Of a DNA stretch of 64,000 nt, positions 1 to 13,250 are shown piece after piece. Origin of the DNA: the human T2T-CHM13v2.0 reference genome, Homo sapiens. A program made the position numbers and the translations under genes. The number at the start of each line of letters is the position of its first letter. Positions within the stretch are counted from its first letter, which is position 1. The DNA is taken from the NCBI RefSeq assembly GCF_009914755.1, contig NC_060936.1; one strand, written 5' to 3'. The notes under the pieces are model-generated. The model was not told the origin of the DNA and searched no databases. It saw only the letters and a list, made by a program, of their open reading frames with translations.

Positions 1-406
1 TTCAGTTAATTTTTGTGAAAGATTTAAGGTCTGTGTCTACTTTCATTTTTCTTTTTTGTTTTTACATGTGAGTGTTCAGTTGTTTCAGCACCATTTGTTG
101 AAAAAATTTTCCTCCATAGCATTCTGTTGCCTCTATTGCTCCCATTGTCAAAGATCAGTTGACTATATTTATGTAGGTCTATTTCTGTACTCTCTATTCT
201 GTTTCCTTGATCTGTTTGTTCATCCTTTTGCCAATACCACACTGTTTGCTTTACAGTGGCTTTATAGTGATTCTTGATGTCAGGTAGTGTTAGTCCTTCA
301 ACTTTATTCTTCTTCAATATTGTGTTGGCTATTCTGGGCTTTGCCTCTTCATTTAAACTTTAGAAATAGTTTATTTATATCCACAAAATAACTGGCTAGG
401 ATTTTG

Positions 407-1982
407 CATTGAGTTACAACATTCTCCTTTAGCTCAGCAAGTTCCTTAGTATCCACCTTCTGAAGCCTACTTCTGTCAGTTCAGCCATCTCAGCTCTAGC
501 GCAGTTTTGTGCCTTTGCTGGAGAGGTGTTACAGTCATTTGAGGGAGAGAAGGCATTCTAGCTTTTTGAGTTTTCAATGTTTTTACATTGATTCTTTCTC
601 ATCTTTGTGGGCTTATCTACCTTGTATCTTTGTGATTGCTAACCTTTGAATGGAGTTTTGGTGGGATCTTTTTTGTTGATGTTGCTGTTGTTTTCTGTTT
701 GTTCATTTGTTTTTTTAACAGGCAGGCCACTCTGCCTTAGAGCTGCTGCAATTTGCTGGGGGTTCGCTCCAGACCTCAGTCGACTTGCTTTCTCCCATAC
801 CTGGAGGTTTCTCCAGTGAAGGATGTGAGACAGCAAAGATGGCAGCCAGCTTCTTCCTCTGGAAGCTTTGTCCCAGGTGGGTAGTGACCCATTGCCAGCC
901 TGCCCTACCTGTAGGAAGTGGGTTGGAGACCCACATTGGGTGGTCTCACACAATCAGGAGGAATGGGATCAGGGACCCAACTAAAGAAGCAGTCTGGCTG
1001 TGTTTTGGTAGAGCAGTTGTGTTACATTAGCGGTGGGAGGGTCCCTTCCTCATCTGGGCCACCTTTATTCTCCAAACCTGGCAGGCTGGAGTGGCTGAGT
1101 CAACTGAACCACAGAGATGGCAGCCACCCCTCTCCCCAGGAGCTCCATCTCAGGGAGAGATTGCTTTGTCCGTGGAACCCTTGCTGGAGTAGCCAAAGCC
1201 TCGCAGGCAGGTCCCACCCAGTGAGGAGGGATGAATCAGGGTCCCACTTAAAGAAGCAGTCTGGTCACAATCTGGCAAGGCAGCTGTGCTGCATTGTGGG
1301 GGATCCTTTCTCATCTGAGCCATCTGTATTCACAATCGGCAAGCTGGAGTGGCCAAGTCTACCAAACCACAGAGATGGCAGCCACCCCTCCCCCAGGGAA
1401 CTTGGACCTGTCTCAGGCAGACTTCAACCCACTGCCATTGGCTGGCTGGGATCCAAGCCAGTGAGTCTTAACTTGTGAGGTACCATGGAAGTGGGGCCCA
1501 CAGAACCAAGTTACCTGGCTCCTTGGATTCAGCCCCCTTCCTGGGGATATGTACAGATGGATTTCCCACTTTGCCAAGGATCCCAGGGCTGGACTATGTA
1601 AAACTCCTGGGTCTCTGAGAGTGCGTGAGCAGCTGCTCTGCCGAGACTCCACACACCTCTGTGTATCAGACCCAAGACCCTGGCGGTGTGGGCTCACTAG
1701 GGGATCTCCTGTTCCGTGGTTTGCAAAGATCTGTGGGAGAAGCATGGTTTCCCAGCAGGCTCACACAATCACTCACCACTTCCCTTGGCTGGGGTGGGGA
1801 TTCCTTTGGCCCTGCCCACTGTTCTTAGTTATCTGTGGGTTGAGATGTTCTTCCAGTCAGTCCTAATGCAAGAACCTGGATATCTCATTTGAAGGTGCTG
1901 AATTCATTTGCCCCTTTTCATTCCTCTCCATGCATGCCACAGACGATCGTTGTTTCTAATCAGCCATCATGGATCCACCCCC
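407..1982 (-). mobile_element. 3'-truncated L1PA insertion (complete 5'UTR plus start of ORF1), no poly(A), flanked by TSD
   Basis: On the minus strand it starts GGGGGTGGATCCATGATGGCTGATTAG, an L1 5' end. Bases 407-870 are homologous to 5230-5695 of the neighbouring L1. TSD is ctggctaggattttg (392-406) / ctggctgggattttg (1983-1997). Confidence 0.9.
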
Positions 1983-4124
1983 CTGGCTGGGATTTTGATT
2001 GGGATTAAATTGAATCTGTAGATCAACTTGGAAAAAACTGATATCTTGATAATATTGTCTTCATATCAATGAGCATGGACTATATCTCCATTTAGTTATT
2101 CTTTGGTTGCTTTTATCAGATGTTTGTAGTTTTCCTTACGTAGATCTTGTATGTGGTTTGTTAGATTTATGCTTGAGTATTTAATTTGGGGGATTCTAAT
2201 GTAAATGGTATTGTGTGTTTAATATCAAATGTCATTTGTTCATTGCTGGTATATAGGAAAGTGATGAACTTTGTATTTTGCCCTTATATTCTACAACCTT
2301 GCTATAATTGATTATTAGTTCCAGGAGTTTTTTGTCAATTAGTTCAGATTTTCTACATAAATGATTATGTCATGTGTGAACAAAGACAGTACTGGGCCTT
2401 ATACTTTCTGTTTGGGGATATTATTAATTACTGATTTTATTAATTTAATCGGTACAGGCCTATTCATATTGTCTATTTGTTCTCATGTGAGTTTTGGCAG
2501 ATTATATCTTTCAGAGAATTGGCCCATCTAGGTTATTAAATTTGTGAGCATAGAGATGTTCATCGTGTTGCTTTATTATCCTTTTAATGTCCATAGGAAC
2601 TATACTGATGTCTTCTCTTTCATTCTAACATTGGTAATGTGTGTTTTCTCTCTCTATTTTTCTTACATGGCCTGACTAGAGACCTAACAATTTTACTGAT
2701 CTTTTTAATGAGCCAGTTTCTGGTTTTATTAATTTTCTTCATTAATTTCCTGTTTTGAAATCCATTGATTTCTGCTCTTTTATTATTTTTTCTTTCACTT
2801 ACTTGGATTTAATTTTCTCTTTTTTTTTTCTATTTTCTAAGGTTGGAATATTAGATGGATGATTTCACATGTTTTTTCTTTTCTTTTTTTTCTTTTCTAA
2901 TATATAAATTTGTGTATGAATTTCCCTCTAAGCACTGCTTTAGCTATATTCCACAAATTTTGATTTTTTTTATGTTAGTATAGTTCAAAATATTTTAAAA
3001 TTTGTCTTAAGGTTTCTTCTTCCATCTAGTTTTATTTAGAAGTGTGTGGTTTAATATCCAAATATTTAGGGATTTTCCAGCTATCTTTCTGTTATCAATT
3101 TCTAGTTTAATTCCATTGTGGCCTGAGAGCAGGCATTATATGATTTCTATTCCTTGACATTTGTTAAGATGTGTTTTATAACACGGAATGTGGTCTGTCT
3201 TGGTAAAGGTTCCATGTGACTTCGAGAAGAATGTATATTCTGTTATTGTTGGTTGAAGTAGTCTATAGATGCAGGTTATGTCCAGTTGATTGATAGTGTT
3301 GTTCAACTATGTCCTTATTGATTTTCTGCCTGCTGGATCTGTTCATTTTTAATAGAAGTGGGTTGATGTCTCCAACTATAAAAGTGGATTCATCTATTTC
3401 TCCAAATCGTTCTATCAGCTTGTGCCTTATGTATTTTGACAACCTGTTGTTAGGTGCATACATTAAAGATTGTTAGGTCTTATTAGAAAATTGATTCTTT
3501 AATCATTATGCAATGCCCCTCTTTTCACTTGACAACTTTCCTTCCTGTGAATTTTGCTCTGTCTGAAATTAATATAGCTCCCTCTGTTCCCTTGATTAGT
3601 GTTAGTATGGTATATCTTTCTCCATCTATTTACTTTTAATCTATATGCATCTTTATATTTAAAGTGGGTTTTTTTTTTTTTTTTGTAGACGATATATAGT
3701 TGGGTCTTGTTTTTTGATCCAGTGTAACAGTCTCTTTTAATTGGTCCTTTTAAACCATTGACTTACTACTGATATATGTGGATTAATATCTACTCAATTT
3801 CTTACTATTTTCTATTTGCTGCCCTTGTTCTTTGTTCCTATGTTTGTCTTTCACTCTTTTTCTGCTTTTTGTGGTTTTAATTTAGCATTTTATTCTATTT
3901 TCTCCTCTTTCTAAGTATACCAGTTATTTACTTTTTTGAGTGGTTACCCTAGAATTTACAATACTCACTTACAACTAATTCAAGTGTACCTTCAAAAACA
4001 CTGTGTCACTTCATGGGTAGTGTGAGTACCTTATAATGACAAAATCATCCTAATTATTCCATCCCTTGTATCATTACTGTTGTTCATTTCACTTATACAT
4101 AAGCATGCATAAGAATATATACGT

Positions 4125-7100
4125 GCGGGAGGGCAGGGCCAAGATAGCCAACTAGAAGCAACTGCAGTCGAAGGCTCCCACGGAAAAGAATGAAAACAGC
4201 ATGCAAATCCTGCACTGGTAACCAAGGTATCCAGGTTCTATCATCAGGACTGACTAGGTGGTTGATGTGACCCACAGAGGGAAAGGAAAAGCAGGGTGGT
4301 ATGTCAGCCCACCTGAGAGCCACACAGGGCAAGGGGAGCCCCCACTCTTAGCCAAGGGAGGTGGTGAGTGATTGTGCTACCCAGACTGGGAAACCATGCT
4401 TTTTCCACAGATCTGTGCAACCCATGGATTAGGAGATCCCACTCGTGAGCCCATGCGACCAGGGCCTTGGGTCCCAACCACAGAGCTGTTTCATTCTCAG
4501 CAGCCATTCAGCTGGAGTCTGCCTAAGACTACCAAGTTCCCTGGGGGAGGGGCAGCCATCATCACTGTGGTTGCCTGCTGCCTAAGTCATCTGAGCTCCC
4601 TGAGAGAGGGGTGGTAGCCATCACTGCAGCTACCTGCTGCCTAAGAAAACTGAGCTCCCCAGGGGAGAGATGGCAGCCATCACTGTCACTGCCAGCTGCC
4701 TAAAATGCTGAACTCCCAGTGGGGAAGGGCAGCAGCCATTACTACAGCTCCAGGCCATCATTATTCCCCGCTGGTGCTGGGAAACTGGACGGCTTGGACC
4801 CAAGAGGTATTCCCCACAGCACAGCACACCTGCTGTGGCAGCTGGTGTCCAGACTGCCTCTTTAGGCCAGACCCTGACCCATCCCTCCTCAGTGGGCAGG
4901 GCCTCCCTGCAGGAACTTCAGCAACACCAGCCAGGGGCTTAGGAAGAGAACTCTGATCTCTCAGGACCTGAGCCCCTAGGGGAAAAGGTGGTTTGGTCTC
5001 CCAGACTTAGTCTTTCTCATTGCTAGCTCTGAGGAATCCGAGCAGCCCAAACAGTGGGTTTCTCCTCAGCACAGCACACCCCTTCCACCAAGGGACAGCC
5101 AGAGTGCTTCGTTAAGCAGGTCCCAGACCCCTGCTCCCTGACTGGTTGAGACCCCCCCTGCCAAACAGGGGTCACCAGACAACTTATACAGGAGCATTCC
5201 AACTGGCATCAGGTCAGTGCCCCTCGAGGACAGGGATCACAGAGGAAGGAGCAAGCACCCAACTTTGCTGTTCTCCAGCCTCCTTGGGTGACATCTCTAG
5301 GTGCAGGAGGAACCCAGGTGAATACGGCCTGAAGTGAACCCCCAGCAAACTGCAACAGCCCTACAGAAGAGGGGCCTGACTGGAAAAACAAACAAACAAC
5401 AACAAAAAACTGAAAGCAACAATACAGCATCAACAAAAAAGTCCCAACAAAAACTCCTTCCAAAGGTCAGCAGCCTCAAAGATCAAAACTAAACAAATCA
5501 TGAAGATGAGAAGCAACAAAAAAATGTTGAAAACTCAAAAGGCCAGAGTGTCTCTTCTCTAAATGATTGCAACACCTCTCCAGCAAGGGCAAAGAACTGG
5601 GCAGAGGCTGAGATGGATGAATTAACAGAAATAGACTTCAAAAGGTGGGTAATAACAAACTTCACTGAGCTAAAGGAGCATGTTCTAACCCAATGAAAAG
5701 AAACTAAAAACCATGATAAAAGGTTACAGGAGCTGCTAACTGGAACAACCAGTTTAGAGAGGAACATAAATGACCTGACTGAGCTGAAAAACACAGCACA
5801 AGAGCTTTGTGATGCAAACACAAGTATCAATAGCCAAAAATCAAGCTGAAGACAGAATATCAGAGCTTGAAGACTATCTTGCTGAAATGAGGCAAGCAGA
5901 CAAGATTAGAGAAAAAAGAAATAAAAAGCGATGAACAAAACCTCCAAGAACTATGGGACTATGTGAAAAGACCAAAGCTATGACTAATTGGAGTACCTGA
6001 AAGAGATGGGAGAATGAAACCAAGTTGGAAAACAACTTCAGGATATCATCCTGGAGAACTTCCCCAACCTGTCAAGATAGGCCAACATTCAAATTCAGGA
6101 AACCCAGAGAACCCCAGTAAGATACTCCACAAGAAGATTAACCCTAAGACATATAATCATCAGATTCTTCAAGTTCAAAATGAAGGAAAAGATGTTAAGG
6201 GCAGCCAGAGAGAAAGGCCAGGCTGCCTACAAAGGGAAGCCCATTGGACTAACATTGGATCTCTCAGCAGAAACCCTACAAACCAAAAGAGAGTGGGGGC
6301 CAATATTCAACATTTTTAAAGAGAAGAATTTCCAACCCAAAATTTCCTATCTGCCCAAACTAAGCTTCGTAAGTGAAGGAGAAATAAAATCTTTTTCAGA
6401 CAAGCAAATGCTGAGGGATTTCATCACCACCAGGCCTGCCTTGCAAGAGCTCCTGAAGGAAGCATTAAATGTAGAGAAAAAAGAAAAATGGTACCAGCCA
6501 CTGCAAAAACACACTGAAATACAGAGACCAATGACTATGAAGAAAGTGCATCAACTAGTCTGCAAAATAACTCACTAGCATTATGATGACAGAATCAAAT
6601 TCACACATAACAATATTAACCTTAAATGTGAATAGGCTAAATGCCCCAATTAAAAGACACAGACTGGCAAATTGGATAAAGAGTCAAGACCCATTGGTGT
6701 GCTGTATTTAAGAGACCCATCTCCTGTCAAAGATACACATAGGTTCAAAATAAAGGGATGGAGGAAAACTTACCAAGCAAATGGAAAGCAGAAAAAAGCA
6801 GGGGTTGCAATTCTAATTTCTGACAAAACAGACTTTAAAGCAACAAACATCAAAAAAGACGAAGAAAGGCAATACATAATGGTAAAGTGATCAATTCAAT
6901 AAGAACAGCTAACAATCTTAAATACATATGCACCCAATACAAGAGCACCCACATTCATAAAGCAAGTTCTTAGGGGCCTACGAAGAGACTTAGATGCCCA
7001 CACAATAATAGTGGAAGAATTTAACACCCCACTGTGAATATTAGACAGATCATTGAGACAGAAAATTAACAAGAATATTCAGGACTTGAACTCAGCTCTG

Positions 7101-10100
7101 GATCAAGTGGACCTGATAGATATCTAGAGAACTCTGCACATCAAAACTACAGCATATACATTCTTCTCAGTGCAACATGGCACTTACTGTAAAATTGATC
7201 ACATGGGTGGAGTCAAAACACTCCTCAGCAAATGCAAAAGCACTGAAATCATAATAGTCTCTCAGATCATAGTGCAATAAAACTAGAACTCAAGATTAAG
7301 AAACTCACTCAAAACCACAAAACTACATGGCAATTGAACAATCTGCTCCTGAATGACTCCTGGGTAAATAATGAAATTAAGGCAGAAATCAAGAAGTTCT
7401 TTGAAATCAATGAGAACAAAAAGACAACATATCAGAATCTCTGGGTCCCAGCTAAAAGAGTGTTAACAGAGACATTTATAGCACTAAATTCCCACATCAG
7501 AAAGCTAGAAGATCTCAAACCAACACCCTAACATTACACCTAAAAGAACTAGAGAAACAAGAGCAAAGAAATCCAAAAGCTAGCAGGAGACAGTAATTAC
7601 AATCAGAGCTGAACTGAAGGAGATAGAGACACATACAAAAATCCCTTCGAAAAATCAGTGAATCTAGGAGCTATTTTTTTCAAATATTAATAAAATAGAT
7701 AGACTGCTAGCAAGGTTAATAAAGAAGAAAACAAAGAAGACTCAAATAGACACAATAAAAATGATAAAGGGAATACCACAACTGACCCCACAGAAATACA
7801 AACAACCATCAGAAAATACTATAAACACCTCTATGCAGGTAAACTAGAAAATCTAGAAGATATGGATAAATTCCTTGACACATACACCCTCCCAAGATTA
7901 AACCAAGAAGAAGCCGAATCCCTGAATAGACCAATAACAAATTCTGAAATTGAGGCAGTAATAAATAGCCTACCAACCAAAAAAAGCCCAGGACCAGATA
8001 GATTCTACCAGAGGTACAAAAAGGAGCTGGTACCATTTTTTCTGAAACCATCGCAAACAATTGAAAAGGAAAGACTCGTCTCTAACTAAATTTTGTGAGG
8101 CCAGCATCATCATGATAGCAAAACCTGGCAGAGATACTACAACAACAAGAAACTTCAGGCCAATATCCCTGATGAACATCGATGCAAAAATCCTTAATAA
8201 AATACTGGCAGCACATCAAAAATCCTTAATAATCTTAAATACTGGCAGCACATCAAAAATCCTTAATAAATCTAGCAGCACATCAAAACACTTATCCACC
8301 ACAGTAAAGTTGGCTTCATCCTTGAGATGCAAGGCTGGCTCAACATACACAAATTAATAAACATATTTCATCATATAGACCTAAAGACAAAAACCACACT
8401 ATTATCTCAATAGATGTGGAAAAGGCCTTTAATTAAATTTAACATCCCTTCATGTTAAAAACTCTCAATAAACTAGGTATTTTTGGAACATATTTCAAAA
8501 TAATAAGAGATATTTATGACAGACCCATACCCAACATCATACTGAATGGGCCAAAGCTGGAATCATTCCCTTTGAAATCCAGCATAAGACAAGGATGCCC
8601 TCTCTCCCCACTCCTATTCAATGTAGTATTGAAATTCTGGCCAGGGCAATCAGGCAAGAGAAATAAAGCATATTAAAATAGAGAGAGAGAAAGTCAAATT
8701 GTCTCTATATGCAGACGACATGAACCTATACCTAGAAAACCTCATCATCTTAGCCCCAAAACTCCTTAAGCTGATGAGCAACTTCAGCAAGGTCTCAGGA
8801 TACAAAATCAATGTGCAAAAATCACAAGCATTCCTATACACCAACAACAGATAAGCAGAGAGCCAAGTCATGAATGAACTCTCATTCACAATTTCTACAA
8901 AGACAATAAAATACCTAGGAATACAGCTAACAAGCAATGTGAAGGACCTCTTGAAGGATAACTACAAACCACTGCTCAAGGAAATAATGGAGATCACAAA
9001 CAAGCGGAAAAACATTCCATGTTTCTGGTTAGGAAGAATCAATATCATGAAAATGGCCATATTGCCCAAAGTAATTTACAGATTCAATGCAATTCCTATT
9101 AAACTACCCTTGACATTCTTCACAGAATTAGAAAAAACTACTTTAAAATGTATACAGAGTCAAAAAAAGAGCCTGTATATCCAAGACAATCCTAAGCCGA
9201 AAAAACAAACAAACAAACAAACAAAAAAAAAAAACAAAGCTGGAGGCATCACACTATCTGACTTCAAACTATACTACAAGACTGCAGTAACCAAACCAGA
9301 ATGGTGCTGGTACCAAAACAGACACATAGACAAGTGGAACAGAATAGAGGTCTCAGAAAAAAGACTACACATCTACAACTATCTGATCTTCAACAAACTT
9401 GACAAAAAACCAGCAATGGAAAAATGATTCCCTATTTAATAAATGGTGCTGGGAAAACTAGCCATATACAGAAAATGGAAACTGGACCCCTTCTTCATAA
9501 CTTATACAAAAATTAACTCAAGAATGATTAAAGACTTAAATGTAAAACCCAAATCTATAAAAACCCTTGAAGAAAATCTAGGCGATACCATTCAGGACAT
9601 AGGTACAGGAAAAAATTTAATGACAAAAATATCAAAAGCAATGGCAACAAAAAGAAAAAATTGATAAATGGGATCTAATTAAACTAAAGAGCTTCTGTAT
9701 AGCAAAATAAACTATCATCAGAGTGAACGGACAACCTGCGGAATGGGAGAAAAACTTTGCAATCTATCCATCTGACAAAGGTCTAAAATCCAGAATCCAC
9801 AAGGAACTTAAACAAATTTGCAAGAAAAAAAACAACCGCATTAAAACGTGGGCAAAGGACATGAACAGACACTTCTCAAAAGAAGAGATTTATGTGGCCA
9901 ACAAACATATGTAAAACCTCAACATCACTGATCATTGGAGAAATGCAAATCCAAGCCTCAATGAGATACCATCTCATACCAGTCAAAATTATGATTATTA
10001 AAGGGCCAAGAAATAACAGATGCTGACAAGGCTGTGGAGAAATAGAAATGCTTTTACACTGGTGGTGGGAAAGTAAATTAGTTCGACCATTGTGGAAGAC

Positions 10101-10680
10101 ATTTTGACGACTCCTCAAGGATCTAGAACAAGAAATACCATTTTACCCAGTAATCCCATTACTGGATATATACTCAAATGAATAGAAATTATTCTATTTT
10201 AAAGATACATGCACATATATGTTTATTTCAGCACTATTCATAACAGCAAAGACATGGAATCAACCCAAATGCCCATCAGTGATAGACTGGATAAAGAAAA
10301 CTTGGTACACCATGGAATACTTTGTAGACATAAAAGGGAACAAGATTATGTTCTTTATAGGGACATGTCTGTAGCTAGGAGCCATTATCTTCAATAAGCT
10401 AACACAGGAACAGAAAACCAAACACTGCATGTTCTCATTCCTATGCAGGATCTGAACAGTGAGAACACATGAACACAGGCAGGGGAGCAACACACACTGG
10501 AGGCTGTTGGGTGGGTAGTGGGAAGGTGAGCGGAAGGTAAGTAGCTAATGCATGTGGGGCTTAATACCTAGGTGATGGATTGATGGGTGTAGCAAACCAC
10601 CATGGCACACGTTTACCTGTGTAACAAACCTGCACATCCTGCATATGTATTCCAGAACTTAAAATAAAATTAAAAGAAAA
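4125..10680 (+). mobile_element. Full-length decayed L1PA (approximately L1PA10-12), about 6.55 kb
   Basis: 5' end GGGAGGGCAGGGCCAAGATAGCC and a ~1.37 kb 5'UTR. ORF1 remnants (6180-6578 MKEKMLRAAREKG..). ORF2 starts ATG ACA GAA TCA AAT at 6586, with RT motifs RQGCPLSP and YADD (8708-8719). 3'UTR and A-rich end present. Degenerate TSD aagaatatatacgt / aaaaaatatacat. Many stops and frameshifts. Confidence 0.95.
4549..4755 (+). repeat. ~58-60 bp tandem units (about 3.5 copies) in the L1PA 5'UTR
   Basis: Repeated GCAGCCATCACTG..GCTGCCTAA..CTGAGCTCCC..GG. Confidence 0.8.
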
Positions 10681-10789
10681 AATATACATCTATCTATATA
10701 TATACATGCATACATAATCAAATACATTGTTGCCATTATTATTTTGAACAAACTGTTATCTTTTAGGCAAATTAAGAATAAGAAAACTA

Positions 10790-11077
10790 GGCCGGGCGCG
10801 GTGGCTCACGCCTGTAATCCCAGCACTTTGGGAGGCCGAGGCGGGCGGATCACGAGGTCAGGAGATCCAGACCATCCTGGCTAACACGGTGAAACCCCGT
10901 CTCTACTAAAAATAGAAAAAATTAGCCGGGCGTGGTGGCGGGCGCCTGTAGTCCCAGCTACTCGGAGGTTGAGGCAGGAGAATGGCATGAACCCGGGAGG
11001 CGGAGCTTGCAGTGAGCCGAGATAGCGCCACTGCACGCCAGCCTGGGCGGAAGAGCGAGACTCCGTCTCAAAAAAAA
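10790..11077 (+). mobile_element. AluY, young and CpG-rich
   Basis: Full dimer with AluY diagnostics (accatcctggctaacacgg, gagcttgcagtgagccgag). Exact 16-bp TSD aagaataagaaaacta (10774-10789 / 11078-11093). Confidence 0.95.
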
Positions 11078-12696
11078 AAGAATAAGAAAACTAAAAGTTT
11101 TTACATTTACCTTCACCTATTTCTTCTCAGATGTTCTTCCTTTCTTTCTGTAGATCCAAATTTCTGATCTATATAATTTTTCTTATCTTTAAAGAACTTC
11201 TTTTAACATTTCTTACAAGGGAGTTCTACTGGTAACAACTCCCCTCAATTTTTGTTTTTCTGAGAAACTCTATATTTCTCCTTAACATTTGAAAGTTAAT
11301 TTCATAGGATACAGAATCAAAAATTAGTCAGTTTTTTTTCTCTCAACACATTAAATATTTCACTGTGTTGTCTTCTTGGTTACATGGTTTCTGAGACATT
11401 AGATTCAATTCTTATCTTTGCTTTTCTAATAAGTAAGGTGTTTTCCCCCTCTGGCCTCTTTCGGGATTTTTTTTTAATCTTTAATTTTCTGTTCTTTGAA
11501 AATTATATGCCTAGATGTAGCTTTTCTGATGTTTATCCTGCTTGGTGTCCTTTGAAATTCCTCCATCTGTGGTTTGGTGTCTGACATCAAATAGGAGAAA
11601 TTTTTAGTGATTATTTTCAAATATTAGTTTCAAATATTGTTTCTGTTCCTTTCTCTCTTCTCCTCCTGGTATTCCCATTACACATATGTTATACCTTTTA
11701 TAGTTGTCCCACAGTTCATTGATATTCTGGGGTATTCTCAGTCTCTGTCTCTGTCTCTCTCTCTGTCTCTCTCTTTTGGGGGGCTTTGCTTTTTAGTTTT
11801 TAAAGTTTCTATTGAGATATCCTCAAGCTCAGAGAATCTATTCTCAGTCATTTCTAACCTACTAAGAAGCCTGCCAAAGGCATTCTTCATTTCTGTTAAA
11901 GTGTTCTTGAGCTCTTACATTTCTTTTTGATTCTTTCTTAGAATTTTCATCACCCTGCTTACATTGCCCCCTCGATTCTTGCAGATTGTTACTTTATCCA
12001 TTAAAGCCCATTACATATTAATAATAGTTGCTTTAAATTTGTAGTCCTATAATTCCAACATCCTTGCCTTATCTGAGTCTGGCTCTGATGCTTGCTGTTT
12101 CTTTGAAATGTGCTTTTTGTTTTGTTTCTTATCTTTTATTATGTCTTATAATTTTTTCCTGATATCCAGACATAAATAACTGGGTAAAATAAATGGATGT
12201 AAATAGGCCTTTAGTAATGTGGTGGTAAGGTGTGGGGGAGGGGAGCATTCTATAGTCCTCTACTTATGTTTCAGTCTTTAGTGAGCCTGTGTGTCTGCAT
12301 TGTGAACTTCATCTGCTTCTCAATCTCCTTTCATCCCCTTCTGTGGAATAGGATGGCTAGAGCTGGATGGAGCTGGTTATTTCCCTTCTCTAGGGTCACT
12401 TAGACTTGGATACAACTCCAGAAGGTTAGGCTTTGGTTAACTAGTTTCTTCTTGTTAAGAATGGAATGCTCTGAGGTATTTCTAAATGGTTCATTTCCCC
12501 CTCACCCTGCCAGAAGCATGAGGTGTTTCTCTGATATTTACTGTGAAGACCTGGCAGAGCTCCGTGAGGCAAGTCTTATAAAAGTGTGTGGTAGCCTCTG
12601 ATGGCTGGGTCCCCCTAGAGTACTTATCTCTCAGATTTGTCCTCATTGAGCCTCTAGCAATTCAAATACAATTCAGCTTTGCTACCTGGGCAGTGG

Positions 12697-13250
12697 TGTT
12701 ACAGGACAGGGGTTCTGATCCAGACCTTAAGAAAGGGTTTTTGGATCTTACACGAGAAAGAATTTAGGATGAGTTCGCAGTGCAAAGTGAAAGTAAGTTT
12801 ATTAAGAAAGTAAAGGAATAAATGAATGGCTATTTCATAGACAGAGTGGCCCCGAGGGCTGCTGGTTGCCCATGTTTATGGTTATTTCTTGATGATATGC
12901 TAAATAAGGGATGGATTACTTATGCCTCCCATTTTTAGACCATATAGGGTAACTTCCTGACATGGCCATGGCATTTGTAAACTGTCATGCAGCTGGTGGG
13001 AGTGCAGCAGTGAGGACGACCAGAGGTCACTCTTAAGGCCATTTTGCTTTTGGTGGGTTTTGGCCGGCTTCTCCACTGCAGACTGTTTTATTAGCAAGGT
13101 CATTATGACCTGTATTTTGTGCTGACCTTCTATCTTATTCTGTGACTTAGAATGCCTTAACTGTCTGGGAATTCAGCCCAGTAGGTTTCAACCTTATTTT
13201 ACCCAGCTCCTATTTAAGATGGAGTTGCTCTGGTTTACACGCCTTTGACA
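12697..13250 (-). mobile_element. MER41 solo LTR (ERV1), length consistent with MER41A
   Basis: TG...CA ends, 554 bp, 4-bp TSD gtgg (12693-12696 / 13251-13254). The minus strand begins TGTCAAAGGCGTGTAAACCAGAGCAACTCCATCTT, matching the recalled MER41 5' end. Confidence 0.85.

Noticed and set aside
785-1866. ORFs up to 186 aa antisense to the L1 5'UTR (ORF0-like idea)
   Set aside because: GC-rich repeated UTR sequence with non-ATG starts and no recognisable ORF0 similarity.
4549-4755. Repeat-spacer-like array (CRISPR-like look)
   Set aside because: Degenerate tandem units within an L1 5'UTR, with no unique spacers or cas genes, in eukaryotic DNA.
4125-10680. Possible active L1
   Set aside because: ORF1 and ORF2 are broken by numerous stops and frameshifts.
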